Shown here one piece after another: positions 1-13,465 of a stretch of DNA of 64,000 nt (the first letter of the stretch is position 1; each line of letters opens with the position of its first letter). The notes under the pieces were generated by a model. It worked only from the letters and a program-made list of their open reading frames with translations, had not been told where the DNA came from and made no database searches. Both the position numbers and the translations under genes were made by a program. Source of the DNA: a virus (taxonomy: Duplodnaviria; Caudoviricetes); the IMG/VR virus record IMGVR_UViG_3300028888_001547, positions 32,001-96,000 of that record. The stretch is one strand, 5' to 3'.

Positions 1-3000
1 TGGGGTAAATTAAATATATTTTCTGTCGGCTCTCCTTTTCTTGAAACAAGCTCCAACACGTAATACGTCTTTTTGTCGGCCATTGTAGGAAGAACAATCA
101 TGTTATTATTTGAAAGGAGCATTTTTGAAATAACATCTTCCATTGCGTTAATTCCGAAATAATCAACACCTTTCTTTAATTTTTCGTCCTCCATGCCAAC
201 ATATACGTTTAATTTAAATTCTAAATTACCTTGTTTTCCGTTTGCGATGATTATTCTAGCTACATCTAGTATTTTAGAATTATGTGCATACGTTGTTTTT
301 GTAAGATTGTTTACAAAGTCACCGTAATTTTTATTTATCCAGCGAGTTACATCAGAAATAAAATTATTTTCACCAACAGGATAAACAATTTTTCCGCCTG
401 GGCCTGTCACCGATAACTCTCTTGACGAAGGGTGAATGTTATTATAGGCTATTGCCATTTTTTCCATCTCTCCGCCAAAACCTTCATATATTTCATCAAG
501 CGGTTTAGGCTTACTCAGTTTATATATATTTAATCCAGCAACAGTTCTTCTTCCTACTTTAATTTGTGGAGTATGCGTAGAATTAAATACCGTATTTACA
601 AAGAATGCGATATTTGCAGATTTATCTTTTGTAGCTTTTGCATCTTGCATTATTTCATCTACCGCAGCAAATAATTGATTTATACCAATTCCATCACCGT
701 TCTATTTAGTATTTTTATTTTTACCTTTTGGTGTCGGAACATGCATCATTATATACTCCATCAACACATCTTCATCAAACGGTATAGACATATCGTTTAA
801 TAAAGTGACAATCATTGGAAGTACCTCATCCAAGGCTGCTTCTTTTGCTTTAGAGTCACCATATTTTGCATTAGATATAATCTATCGAATTTGATCAAAA
901 TTCTTCTTTATTACATTTTTTATATAATTCTTATCTATATGATAGAACTAATCATACTTTACTGCAGCAGAAGCGAAGAAATCAGTGGACCAATCTCTTG
1001 GCAACATTCTCTTTGCTTTAATACGATTATCGTTTATTATTTCTAACGCGCGTTCTTGGTCGTACTTCTGAGTTATTTTTTGCGATATAGTTGTTTCGAG
1101 ACCTGCAATTGCATCCAAATATTGTTTAGATTTTCCAATTTTTTTCCGGTCACTCTTCATCTAAATTTGAAGTACCTTTGTAAGGTGTTTGTTTACGGTA
1201 GAATAAATCTGAGTCTACAACTATATATCATTTCCTACAGAAGCTATATTTTTATATAATTCTGCAAAGAAAGCTTTTGTTTTTGCAAGCCTTTGTACTT
1301 CAGACATAAGCTCTTCAAAACTGTCAACCTCGTGTAATTCTTTAGTTATTCTCTGCCAAGCATCATCAAAAGATACATACATAGGAAGGCCAGTCTCTGC
1401 ATCTGTTTTTTGCTATAATTCCTTTTGACCTGTCTATTCATTATATACAAACTCAACATCTTTTATTTGAGTTAAAAATAGTTTTGCTCTATACGCAACA
1501 TTGTCCTTTTGGCTTATTATATAGTTGTCATACAACTAAGATAATTGAGAAATAGAATCGTCCGGTCTATTTTGTTGATTCATCTAATCTTCGCCATCCG
1601 TCACTTTCTTAACGTTTTGCTTTCTATTAGATCCAACAACACCGTATTGTTTTAATAACGCGTTTACCGTATTTATAAAAGCGGCAGGGTTTTCAACAAC
1701 ATCCTATATAAACGGGTTTTTCTTTCTTATATTTGCAATACGAATTCTAGTCAAATATTTTTCAAATGAGTCTTTATTTATCCTAGAAATATTTTCTGCT
1801 TTCTTTATATTCATAAAGTCAATAAACCCGTGTGCAATATTTTCAGCTACAGCATAGAATTGTTGATATGTAGAAATAGTCTTAAAATTGTCTATTTGTT
1901 CTTCTGTTGCCCCCTCTGCTTCAAATTTTTTATAAGCCTCACCGTTGTAAGCTCTTTGGAAATCTTCGAGAGACTCTTGATCTATGAGTTGGTTCTTATA
2001 ATTACCTTTAGCAATACCATCAAACAGAAGTTTTATCTAGTCTTTCTTTCCAAACTGTTTAATAAACTCTATAAATCTATTATATAATTTAATAGCCCAT
2101 CTAGAGAATATATTTTTGTTTGCAAGAGATTCTTCATATACTTCTAATGCTTTACAATATTCAGCAAAATCGTCAGCCAGCAATTCTTCTATTCTTCTTT
2201 TAGAAAAATCTTTATATTCTGGATGACGTTTTACATACTCCTCATATATCTATTGTCTCTTTCGTCTGGAATGTAACAGTAGGTTTACATAGTGAAATGC
2301 TTCATGATAATGTATAGCGGAACCTCCGTATTTAGGTAAGAAAAATGTACCTTCAATAACATCTGTAAGTACATTGTTCATTACTGTCATTACACCATAT
2401 ATAGTCTTATTTGATACTGACTTTAAAACTGCGTTGGTAACAATAACCTGAGCGTCGTTTAAACCAAGCGTATCTTTTATCCATTTTCTAGCTTTATTTG
2501 CATCAAGAACACCTTCTCCAGGCTCTTCTGAGAATACACCTTGGACAGTATACCCCTGTTCCTAAACAAGATTTATAATATCATCTACAGGCTCTGTCAT
2601 TACTATAGCTTTGCCATCTGGAAGAAGACTTGCAGTAAATAATGCCTACCCGGACGAAACAGAATCGTAATCAGAAGTAGAAGGAAGTTCAATATCTTCT
2701 TCTTTTAATTCTATTCCGTGCTTATCTTTTACATATTGTATGAAACGTTTTACAGAATCTTTCAGCCTTGATGTAATTTCTTCTTCTGAAGCTGGCTTTT
2801 CTATAGTACCCGCATCTATATCAAACAATGCATAAGCGTTTACTTCTCCAGATTCCTATGTTTCTGTAATATGTACAGTGTTTCCTATACGTTCAGAATC
2901 AAATTTACTAAGTCTAGATTGAATAGAAGATAATGTTGGAGTTTTATCGTTTTCAGGAGCTGACTATTTTTTAGATAACTTCTTCTTATTTTTAGCTTTC

Positions 3001-6000
3001 TATTCTGCTGTTTTAGCGGCGTTTTTAGCAGGAGTTTCTTGTTTTACACCATCACAATACACAAAAGGAGCATAGAATATAGAATCTCCAACACTTGTCA
3101 TCAATTTTTTAGTTCCAATCATCCAAGCAATCAAAGATACATTCTTATTGCTCATATCAGAATTGAATAAATCTGATTTTTTAAACGTAAGATCGTCTAT
3201 ACCTGCTATTTTATATTCCGTAGCTTTTGGATTTTTGATAAAATAATCACGCAACGATTCAAGAATACCCATATCAAGTTGTTCTGTCATAAGCTCCCAC
3301 GGTGTATTCCAGTGAAGATTATTGGCTATTGCAGCAATTACAATTCTTCTTTGAGTTTCATCCAAGAATATGCTATTTTCGCCATTTGATATATCGAATT
3401 CAGTACTTCTTGGTACTCCATTTATATCTTCAAGAGCTATAACAAGAGTGCCTTTTTCTTCGTTTATAAAGAACTGTTTCTTTGCAAAATGTTTAAATTT
3501 CTTTTCTTCTTTTCTTGTAACCCACGTACTCTTACCGTGATTTACAATAAGGCCGTTGCCTTCGTTCTCTTCGTTTCCTATAAGAGCTTCCTTTAATGCA
3601 GAAATATATTTTACAGAAATTCCAGCAAATACACTATCGTCTATTCTATCTGTTATCAAATAAAGAATAAATTCTGCTAACGACGGGACTGTATTTTCTT
3701 TTAACGTACCATCTGTATTAAATGTAAATTCAACGGAACTAGCATCTACATCTTCTGGAGTATCCTTGAATTTGCGTTCAGTTAACTGTATAGCTCTATC
3801 GTTACCGTTTACAGTTTCTGCAATAAAATATATTTTACCGGCTTTACCTCTACCTGCATGAGAATAATCTCCTTGAGAAAATAAATTTAACTTATCAATC
3901 TTCGGTTTAGTAGGCCTTCCGTTTGCGTCAAACGACGAGAAGGCTCGTTCACCGCGACCAACACCAAGACGAACTTCTTCTTTATTTATTTGTTCAGTAA
4001 GTTCTTCTAAATCAGAACTCATACCAAACCCACCGTCCAACAGACTTCTAAATACAGGATCGACACCGTCGTATTTATCGTTTATCTTTCCGTCAGATAT
4101 ACGTGGATTTAATGGACTACCTTGTTTATATTGGGTTGGATCTGCTTTTAATACATAGTTGCCATCTGCATCTTTGTCCAAAAGTGCATCTATAATTTGA
4201 TTTCTGGTATTACGAAGATTTGCAATCTGCGCTTCTATATTTTCATTAGAATGTACACTTCTACCACCAGATAAGAACGATCTTGTTATAAGATCTACTC
4301 TATTTTTAGTTTCTATATCGAGATCCTGATACCATTTATTTACAATAGTCTTTCCTTCATCGTCATATTTCAACGTAGCAGGATCTACACCTATATGATA
4401 TTGCAAATACGCATTTCTTCTAGATATAAAAGTTCCAAAGCTTACGTTTTCTGCATGTATGCCGGTTTCATCTTTTACCACATACTTTTTGCCAGAATAT
4501 TCAAATGAAGACCAGAACATCTAATCCATTTTGTTTCTGATGTCTCTTTCTCCATTCATATCATACCCTTTATACGTAGCGAGACCTGTTAAGAATGTAG
4601 CATATACATCTTCACCGTCTTGTAGTATTAAGGCTACAACAAGGTTATCTGGGTTTTTTACATCTACAACTTTTGTTTTATCTGCAGTTATTACAAAATA
4701 CTTATCTGCTTTATCAAACCACCCTGGAATAATTAATTTCTATGCTAACTCTGCAGGGGATTTTAATTTACCATTATTTTTAAAGATAATTGGAGTTACA
4801 GTATTATCTTCGTTTCTTATTCCAGCAATCCAATCTGGAGTTTTGTCTATTCTTGGATCGTATTTAAATGTTTGTCCAAGAAAATCCGTATATATTTGAT
4901 TTGGAGTAGAAACAAAACGTTCGTTATTTTCAAATACGTTTCCATCTGGGACAGCATCTGTGTTTTGATTTGCCAAATCAATAACAGCATCGGTATTTTC
5001 TCCAGCACTTGATTGTGCTTGATCAGAATCGTCCGTATTCTCTAAGTCTTCGTCATCTACTTCGTCAGTATTTTCTCTTTCTGATGAATCTTGCACACCA
5101 TCTGTATTTTCTTCAAGCATCCCTAATTTTTCTCTTAGTGCACGCTCGTCGTCACTCATTATAGTACGCTTCTTTTCCTTTTTACCATCTACAGCATCAG
5201 TGTTTTCACCTGCAAAATCTTGTATTGCATCTGTATTTTCAGCAGCGTAATCTATTATTTCATCAGTATTTTCTTTATTTGTAGGTTGCTGTTGGGCAGC
5301 GTTTGTGTTTTCTCCTTCAAACTACTGTATTACAGTATCGAAATCTTGATTTTGAACGTTTATGGCATCTGTATTGTTACCATCAGCCTATTCTCTTACT
5401 TCAGAAGGAGATGCTGTTTGCCTAAGATACTCTCTGTGATTTACACGTTTGAGTTCATCATCAAACTGCATTTCATAATCAAACAACAAATCTGCAGCTT
5501 CTTTCTGCATGGATTCAGCATCTACATCCACATTAGACACAGTATCGTCCTAATCCGTATGTTCGTGTAGGTGTTTTGTGTATTGTTCAGATAAATCTCT
5601 TAATTTCTTAAGTTTATCTGCCTGCTATTTATTATATTCAAAAACAATACCTTTATTTGTCAATGGTTTTTTACCATCCTTTTCGCGCTATTCGTTTGTT
5701 TGTTTTAAGAATAAATCTTGCTCTTCTTTTGGAAGTTGTTTCCAACTAAGTTGCGTAACAGATTCTAATGCAACACGAGGATCTATTTTTCCTTTTAATA
5801 TAGCATTCGCTACAGGTTCTATTGAATTGTATACAGATCTATTTAATATCATTCTTCGCTGAATTCTATTAAATTCGTCCTATGCCGGAAGCCTACCGTA
5901 TTGTTTTTCCAGTCGTTTTGCAACGTTCTAAACAAATGGGATTTTTTTCTAACCAGGTTTAGCCTTCTTATTTAATTCAGCAATAGCGTCGTTCATAACT

Positions 6001-9000
6001 TTTGACATGTCATCGTCAAACAGTTTTAACATTTCGCTTTCTGTTTTTTCTATAGATTTTATCATAGAACCGAGTCTTGACGTAGATACATCTATACCCA
6101 ATTCTTTTGATATTTCTTCAAGAAGCGTTTTTCTATCCTTTAATCTCTATAAAAGATCTTCACTGTTCAATACAAACCTACTGCTATACAGATGGTTTAA
6201 ATATTGCTCTACATATTCAAGATATGTATGTTCGTGTTCGGCATCATAATTATCAAGATCTTCTTTCGCTTTACTCAGCTACCAATCCTGCGCATTTTCA
6301 TTCTTTTGCAGACTGTCGTAAATATTCTACAATTTCTTTCTACCTGCAGATCTTCTATTTTTATAATCTTGATAAGAATTCCACATCATTTCCATTAAAG
6401 CGTCATATTCTGGATCCATTGCTTCACCAACTGGATTGTCTAAACGACGCATTATTTCACGATAGGTAGAATTTTTTATTTGATCTAATTCATGATTATC
6501 GTTTTCTATATATCTAGAGGCGTCTCTAAGTTGAGTAAGTTTTCTTGCACTCTATATAATAGCTTGCTTATGTTCTTTAGATCCTACAGATATTTCTTTT
6601 TCTTGTAAATACTTTTTGAATAACGGATGTTCTTGTATATAATACAGATTATTTAAAAGCTCTATGTCACGATCTATGTATTCGTCTGTAACCTAATTTC
6701 CTTTAAACGCTTTTAAATCTTCTACAGATTTTCTTAATCTATCTATAGATATACCGTGTTTTTGCAAAGCATCATAAAATATACCAAGATGCTTATCGTC
6801 CTAAGCTTGCCCATAATGTTCACCGATAAGAATGTCCATTACCTTGTCGTTTTTTATTTGAGCAAATAGGTTTCTAAGATTGTCTTTTCCGTTAGATGGA
6901 AATATATTTGATACTGCTTGAAAAGCGCCACCTCCCATCAACATACCTGTTATGCCACCAATCTGCATAGCTCGTCTAAGCTAATGCGATCCGTTGTCGG
7001 GATCTCCAGGCAACATTCCCATATATGCAGCCACAGCATCTGTTGCCAAATTAGTATCTTCGAGAATAGACGCCATTGGCAATAATGATTGTTCTTGGCT
7101 ATATTGATCATACAATCCTCTAGAATATCTACTTTGAAGTAATTCCTGTTGACCTTCTTCTATAGCCTCCAACGAACCTATATATCCAAGCTTTTTTCCA
7201 ACTCTTGTTAAATATTCTAAACTATGTTTTGCAGCAAGCTTATTTCCTATATTATTTAATCCGGAAGAACCAAGTTTACTTATCGTTCTATCAAACAAAG
7301 TTCTTGCTTGCTGTTGGTATGTCTGATCAGCAAGTTTGTTAACTGTACCTTTTCCAAAAGAACGTAAAAAAGATCCAGAATATCCTAAGAATGGCATTGC
7401 CTCTATATAATCCTTTACAGCAAGTGCCATGTTATCATTGTACACCTTCTTTAGTCCCTGTCTACCAGCTTCTTTTTCTTTTTCAAATACAGAATCTTCT
7501 GTATTTATATCATATGCAAGGGCATGCTAAACAAGATCAATATCTGTCATATTTGTAGGATCGATACCCATATCCTATAGATATTCTTTTGTCTTTTCAA
7601 GAACCTTCGGCATATCAGCGCCGCCTTGCATTGATTTTGTAAGTACTCTGGAAGACCACGCATCAATCACTTCAGAATTAGTTTCATGTTCTCTCATTCT
7701 ATTTATAAAGAACATGTTAGAAGCTGTTGTACCTAGTTTTAAACCTAAATCTGTTGTAGCAATTGCATTATTAGTAGATGATATTATTTTTTGAGCACGT
7801 TCTGCCGCTTTTGCTAATTTAGCGGCTTCTTCAATTTTTCCAGCAGCATTAAGCTTACGTAAATCATTAATAGTAGCGACGGCATTTACATATGGATTTC
7901 TTTTTATAGCAAACGTAGCAAGCCTACGAGCAAGTAATCCTGCTGCGGCATCAGAAGTCATCATTGCTCCCATGTTAACAAAATCACTGTATGACGAACC
8001 TGTTTCTGCAATGGAATATAATAATTGATCTGGTAACAATCCTCCAATTATACCAGCATCATTATTCTCAGAATAATATCTAAACTTCGGATTTATTTTT
8101 TGCGGATCAAAATACCAAGATCCGTTTTTATATTTGTTTGCTGTTTCTTTTTCTGCCTATACGCGCTCATCGTACTCTCTGTTCCAATAATTGCGCATAC
8201 TCTTAACCTTTGTCCTAAGCTCTTGAGTATTTCCTCCGTTTCCATTCAGGTTATCCCTATCGTAATCTTTAAACATTGGATCAGTCCAACGGTCATTCTC
8301 TAAACTATGCCGGATTGCTCGGCGCATATAATTTCCATCGGTACCACTATTAATAAGTCTGTTTATACCTTGCTAAACAGAACCAGCTATGTTTCCTATA
8401 GTGGACGAAAATTCTTCTAATCCTGTAATTGGATTATACCAAGCCCCCAGGTTGTGATCCGGACCAAAGTTTTCTGAAAACGCTTTAAAATACTCTTTAG
8501 ATTTAGCAGAATCTGTATCAAAGAAAAGTTGTGCATTTATGTCATTCTTTTTTCCAGTTGTCTTTATCTTCTCCTGGAAATCTGCAATGTTTTTTTCATT
8601 TTGCAAATATGCATCCTTAGCCTTCATGGCATTCTCTGTATCACCAGACTATATTGCTTTTTGATATTGATCAAGCAAACCAGATCTATTATCGAGCATT
8701 TGAGCGTACTTCTCAGCCTCATCCAAAATATTTAAGCTTTCTTTAGCTTCGTTTATTTGGTTGAGTCTGTTCGTCATTTCTGCTTGTAATCTCTTTTCCT
8801 ACCAAAGTCTATATGCATCTTTCACGCTTGCTGCATCCCAACGTTCTTTGGCGTTTTCATAATTACCAAATAAGAAATGCATAGGACCGGAGAATATAGA
8901 TTCTCCTCCTAACTCTTCTGCAGGAATTATTTTTCCTTCTTCTCCTACAGTAGGATAATATTCGTTTGCAATACCTGTATTAGAAAACGTAGAAACGTTT

Positions 9001-9134
9001 TGTGTTGTATAAGGTAATGCTTCGGAATAAGATGTACTTAAACCATAAGATCTGCGCAAGTTTTCCTCACGCAGATTTCTTCTTATGGCATCTCCCTATT
9101 GATATCTAGGGTTTATTCTGAACCTTTTGTCCAT
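1..9134 (-). CDS. Giant internal virion (cargo) protein, >3040 aa, runs off the window; probably the N-terminal part of the crAss virion RNA polymerase-associated protein; contains a zincin HEAFH motif
   Basis: ATG at 9134 (MDKRFRINPRYQ-TAG-GDAIRR). Eight track ORFs (8799, 8373, 7575, 6981, 4740, 3000, 2646, 948) share one frame and each ends at TAG. A spot check of 5161-5760 found no in-frame TAA/TGA. Motifs EAIEEGQQ and HYHEAFH...EELLAD (2292-2306). Position follows cargo and muzzle genes as in Crassvirales. No RNAP catalytic motif was identified in the window. Confidence 0.75.
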
Positions 9135-9139
9135 AATCG

Positions 9140-11365
9140 TTATTGTAACATTTGAATAGCTAATTCTTCCAGGGTCATATCATCAATATAACTCTGATTT
9201 TCAGAGTTTATTATGTTTTTATCTGCGACACCCGCATTGAATTCAATAATATCAGAGAGAGCATTTATATCTCTAAAGTTCTAACCACCAAGATTTTCTA
9301 TAGTTCTTATAACAGGTACTTCGTAGTATGTATCAGAGCTATGTAGTTCATTATTTTTATCTCTATATGTAATCTTTTGGTCAACAGGTAATAGTCCTAA
9401 TTCTTTACACAAACTGTCAATATCTTTATATTTCTGTTTATCTGTATAACTTAAAGAATTGTAGAACTGTTGTATTTGGCTTCTAGTCATTAGTGGATGA
9501 GACAATATGTCGAGTTGTTTACCAACTCTAGTTGTACTTGGTATACCTGCAGCTTTTACGTCATTTTCATCTATAGAAATAGCCGTACGTCCTTGTAAGA
9601 ATCTATCAAACTTACTATGTATATCATTATGCTTAAATCTAGCATTACCAGATATACCAAGCTATCTTACTGGAGCATAATGATACCCACTACCAAATCG
9701 TACGTTGTAATATCCATTAGAAAGATCTGGATCTTTTATAGTATTATCAGCACCTACAAATTGTTGATGTAATACTTTATTTTGTATAGAACCAAGACCT
9801 TCTGCAGAAAATCCATCCCAGAAATCAGAAGCACGCTTCTTTGCATCTTTAACACTCATTTGGCCTCGTTTACCACCAGATGTACTCCATTCTGGAGAAC
9901 TAGACTTTGCCTTCATTATCATTTTCTGCATATCTTCCTGTTGGTAATTCTGCAAGAATGCTATTTCTTCTGGTGTCGCTTTGTCTCCTTTTTTGATTAT
10001 ATCTCGTATAACATGCACAACATATTTGCCATCTTCCGTTTTTCTAGTATCATATCTGCTTGGATAATAATTTCCGTGGTAGAAATTAGACCACCTACTC
10101 TTTTCGTATTGATATACATTATACGAAGAGTTCTGAGATTGATCATAAACGTTTTCCTTACCTTTTTCTGTTGTATGTACAGTCTTTGCGATACCTACAG
10201 AAGGACTTACACCGTACGGAGAAGGGGTTACGATTCCCTTTGCAACTTGTTTTTCAACATCTTTTTGTCCAACAACCTTTCCACGGTTCTCTACACTCTT
10301 TGCCATTTTATCCCAATAATCAATAATTGTGGCAAATGTATTACCAACAGATTCTCTACCAATTTGTTTTTGTTCAAAGTTTGCATTCATGTTCCTGTTT
10401 AATCTATCCATGAATGTAGTAGGAGCTTCAGTAGGATTATTCGGGTTTGTTTGTGCACTTCTACGTAGAGCAGCTATTTGCCTTGCTTGTTGATTTTTAA
10501 GTTCTTGTAAGTACAATTGATTTACAGATCTAGTAGGATTAATAAGATACTCCAAATTTGCTACAGCAACGTCTTTCTATAACTACTTTTCTATCTAATC
10601 TGCAGTAGGATTATCTATACCAGCCGCACTCAATTTATTCTTTGCCAACTATCTATAATAATCTGCATATATACTACCATTCCAGCCGGGAGTTTGTCCA
10701 GAAGCAATGTCAAGAAGATCTTTTGTAGTAAATCCTAAATAGTCGTATCTTGGATCATACTGCATTCCAAACGATTCAACTCCAGCTTTATCCAACATGT
10801 GAGCTGTTCTGTTATTATACCAAGATTCTGTAAGCTCTTTAAGCGTTTTTACTTCTGCTGGAGATGTTCTATCCCATATTCCATTTCCTAGAGTACTCCA
10901 ATTATCCAATGATCTCCCTTGATTAGCAAAATTCTCAAAATTAGGATCCCACTTACCAGTTGCTTCAAGAATGCCTCTGTTTTTTATATATTCTTTAGCG
11001 TTCTCAGCGCTTGTTCTGAGTTTAGCAACTTTACCAACATCAATACTATTGATCATCTGTGCAATAGCAGCACGGCCTTCAGCAGATCTAGTTAAATCGA
11101 TACCTTTAGAATACGCGTCATTAATGAAATTCCTAATTCTACCTGTAACATTGTTGTTATACCACTCTTGATCAGCAAGAATAGGAGTAATAAAATCACC
11201 GTACTCCTTCTTGAATTCCTTCATATCTTGAAGTCCTTGCTGATAATCCGCATAAACAGCATTAAAGTATTTGTCCTAAGCATCTAGGACCATTTTAGCC
11301 ATTGTTGGATCGAATATTTGCTGTCCTGTATATTCGATCGGCCTTTCATATCCTAAAAATGCCAT
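9140..11365 (-). CDS. Internal virion cargo protein (~741 aa, TAG read-through)
   Basis: ATG 11365 (MAFLGYERP). ORFs 10649, 9662 and 9281 are in frame; TAA at 9140. Synteny with crAss cargo genes. Confidence 0.7.
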
Positions 11366-11367
11366 AA

Positions 11368-13464
11368 TTATTTAAAATTTGAATTAAATGTATACGGTTG
11401 ATATGTATCATACCAAGGTATATAACTTGGAGTACTATAACGCATCAATGACGACGGAATATTATATTGCAAAGATGGTTGGTACAAAGAATTAGAAAAC
11501 ATCCGTGGAAGCGACGTATTTAATCTTGGAGCAATATATGGAGATGTTCCAATAGATGCTGTCGCTTTTGTAGATGGTGTTACAGCAGTTGGTGTATTGT
11601 TTCCGTTAAGCCAATTATTTAACCACTACTATTCAATATTTGTTTTTTTATCAATTAATTCCAACTCTTTTTCTTTAAACTTCTACGCCTACTTAAATTG
11701 ACTATAATCCATTTGATCTTTTACAAGATATGGTAAAGGTGCAAATCTATTCTTCCAATTATATGTATCTTTTAAATCCTTTGCACCAACAGCTCTTGCA
11801 TATCTATTAAGCTGATCAGTAGCAGTTTGTATACGCATATCTTCCGCATGAGCGTCAGTATTAGCTAATAGTTTTCTAGCAGTTTCTCTTCTTACTCTAT
11901 TGTGTTCGTCTATATTGAGTAGCTGCTTCATTTTTTCATTCAATCCGGTACGATCTGCAGAATCCATCAAAACAGCTCTTCCGCCCATACCGATACCAGG
12001 CATACGGCTAATTGCATATTTGTTTCTAGCAACTTCGTCGTCTATCATATTCATGTAAGGTCTAGAAGGAATCATGTCGCCTAATATAGCGTATGCCTAA
12101 TTTCTTGCAGAAGAATAATCCGGTGTTACGAGTGGTGCTTCTGCTGGACGATTTATATCCTTATTGTACTGTTGTGTGGCAGCTAGCATCTATGCTATGT
12201 TTGGCATAGCCATGAATGCTCTATCCCACCAGCCATCTTTAAGTCTAGGAAGTTTTCCGCATTTATATCCTTTTCCGTTTTTATATTTCATTTGCATATC
12301 ATTCATTGCTTCAAGCGCCACGGATTCATTTCCGCCATTTTTAATATAATCTGAAATTCCGCCTTTGTTTGTCCATACAATAGATCGCGGATCACTTATC
12401 ATTTCTCCAAGTAGCGTTCCTTTTCTTGCTACGTATTCGTCCTTATTATTCTTTTTACCTGGTACTTCTACCTTAAGTCCTCCTAGCTGTACAACTTCTC
12501 CTCCAGATAATCTAGCAACGCCTTTACCGCGCGAATATCCAGGGAGTTTTCCATTAGCCGCACCAAGACTACCAGATTTAGTTCTACCATAAAAACCCTA
12601 TTGTGCGTCTTTACTTTTAGCAATGGATTCTGACATACGTCCCTCCATTGTTGTAGCATCGGTAACATCTTGAGCAGCTTGCCTTGTTTCTTCTTCTGTA
12701 TCTCCGAATCCAGCAAGATATGCCAATCCTCCAAGAAGTGCTCCTGCTCCTGCTCCAATGGCTGTTCCTACTACTGGAAAAGAACTTCCGGCTGCCATTC
12801 CTGCCAATGCTCCAGCAGACATACCCGTTCCAATAGAAGACGCTGTAAAATTAAGGTTTCGGCTTGCACGCTAAGCTCTCGCATATTTGAGCTCATTTCC
12901 TAGATTTACACCACCATATTTAGTATACTGATTACCTAAGTCTGTTGTGTATATATTTTTAGTCAATGTATCGCGCATCTAACCAGCACTTCTATGGTCT
13001 TTGTTTGCAGCAAATTGCATACCCATATCAGCAAGACCATATGCTGTGCCTATACCAGCAGTAATACCTCCTAAAGAATTTAATCCAACTTTACTTGCTG
13101 CCTGTCCAACCCCTTTTTGTCCAATTGAATTTATATTTCTTATTACGTTAGAAACATCTCTTACTCCACTTGATGCCAAAGACGCTCCAAATCCAGAAGC
13201 CGCAGTATTCACAGCAGCATTTGCAGCTGGTACAAAACTCTTTAAATTTTTTAAAGTTTCTAAAGCAAACGATGAATTTATTTGAAGCTTATTTAGTGCA
13301 CTAGGAATAGTATTCTATCTAGTTGTCTATATCTCAGGATACAGATTCTATCCAGGTGTACTGCTCATCTATTGTCCTCCAATCCCGTAGTTGGGTTGGT
13401 AGCCTAAACTAGTAGGCATTCTTGTTCCCAGCCAATATCTGGGCAATTTATTTTTTCTTTTCAT
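11368..13464 (-). CDS. Internal virion cargo protein (C1-like) with Gly/Ala-rich hydrophobic segments (~698 aa)
   Basis: ATG 13464 (MKRKNKLPRYWLG). ORFs 12979, 12598, 12190 and 11689 are in frame; TAA at 11368. Contains GTAIGAGAGALLGGLAYL (membrane-insertion-like) and SGGEVV. Directly follows the muzzle gene. Confidence 0.7.
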
Positions 13465-13465
13465 A

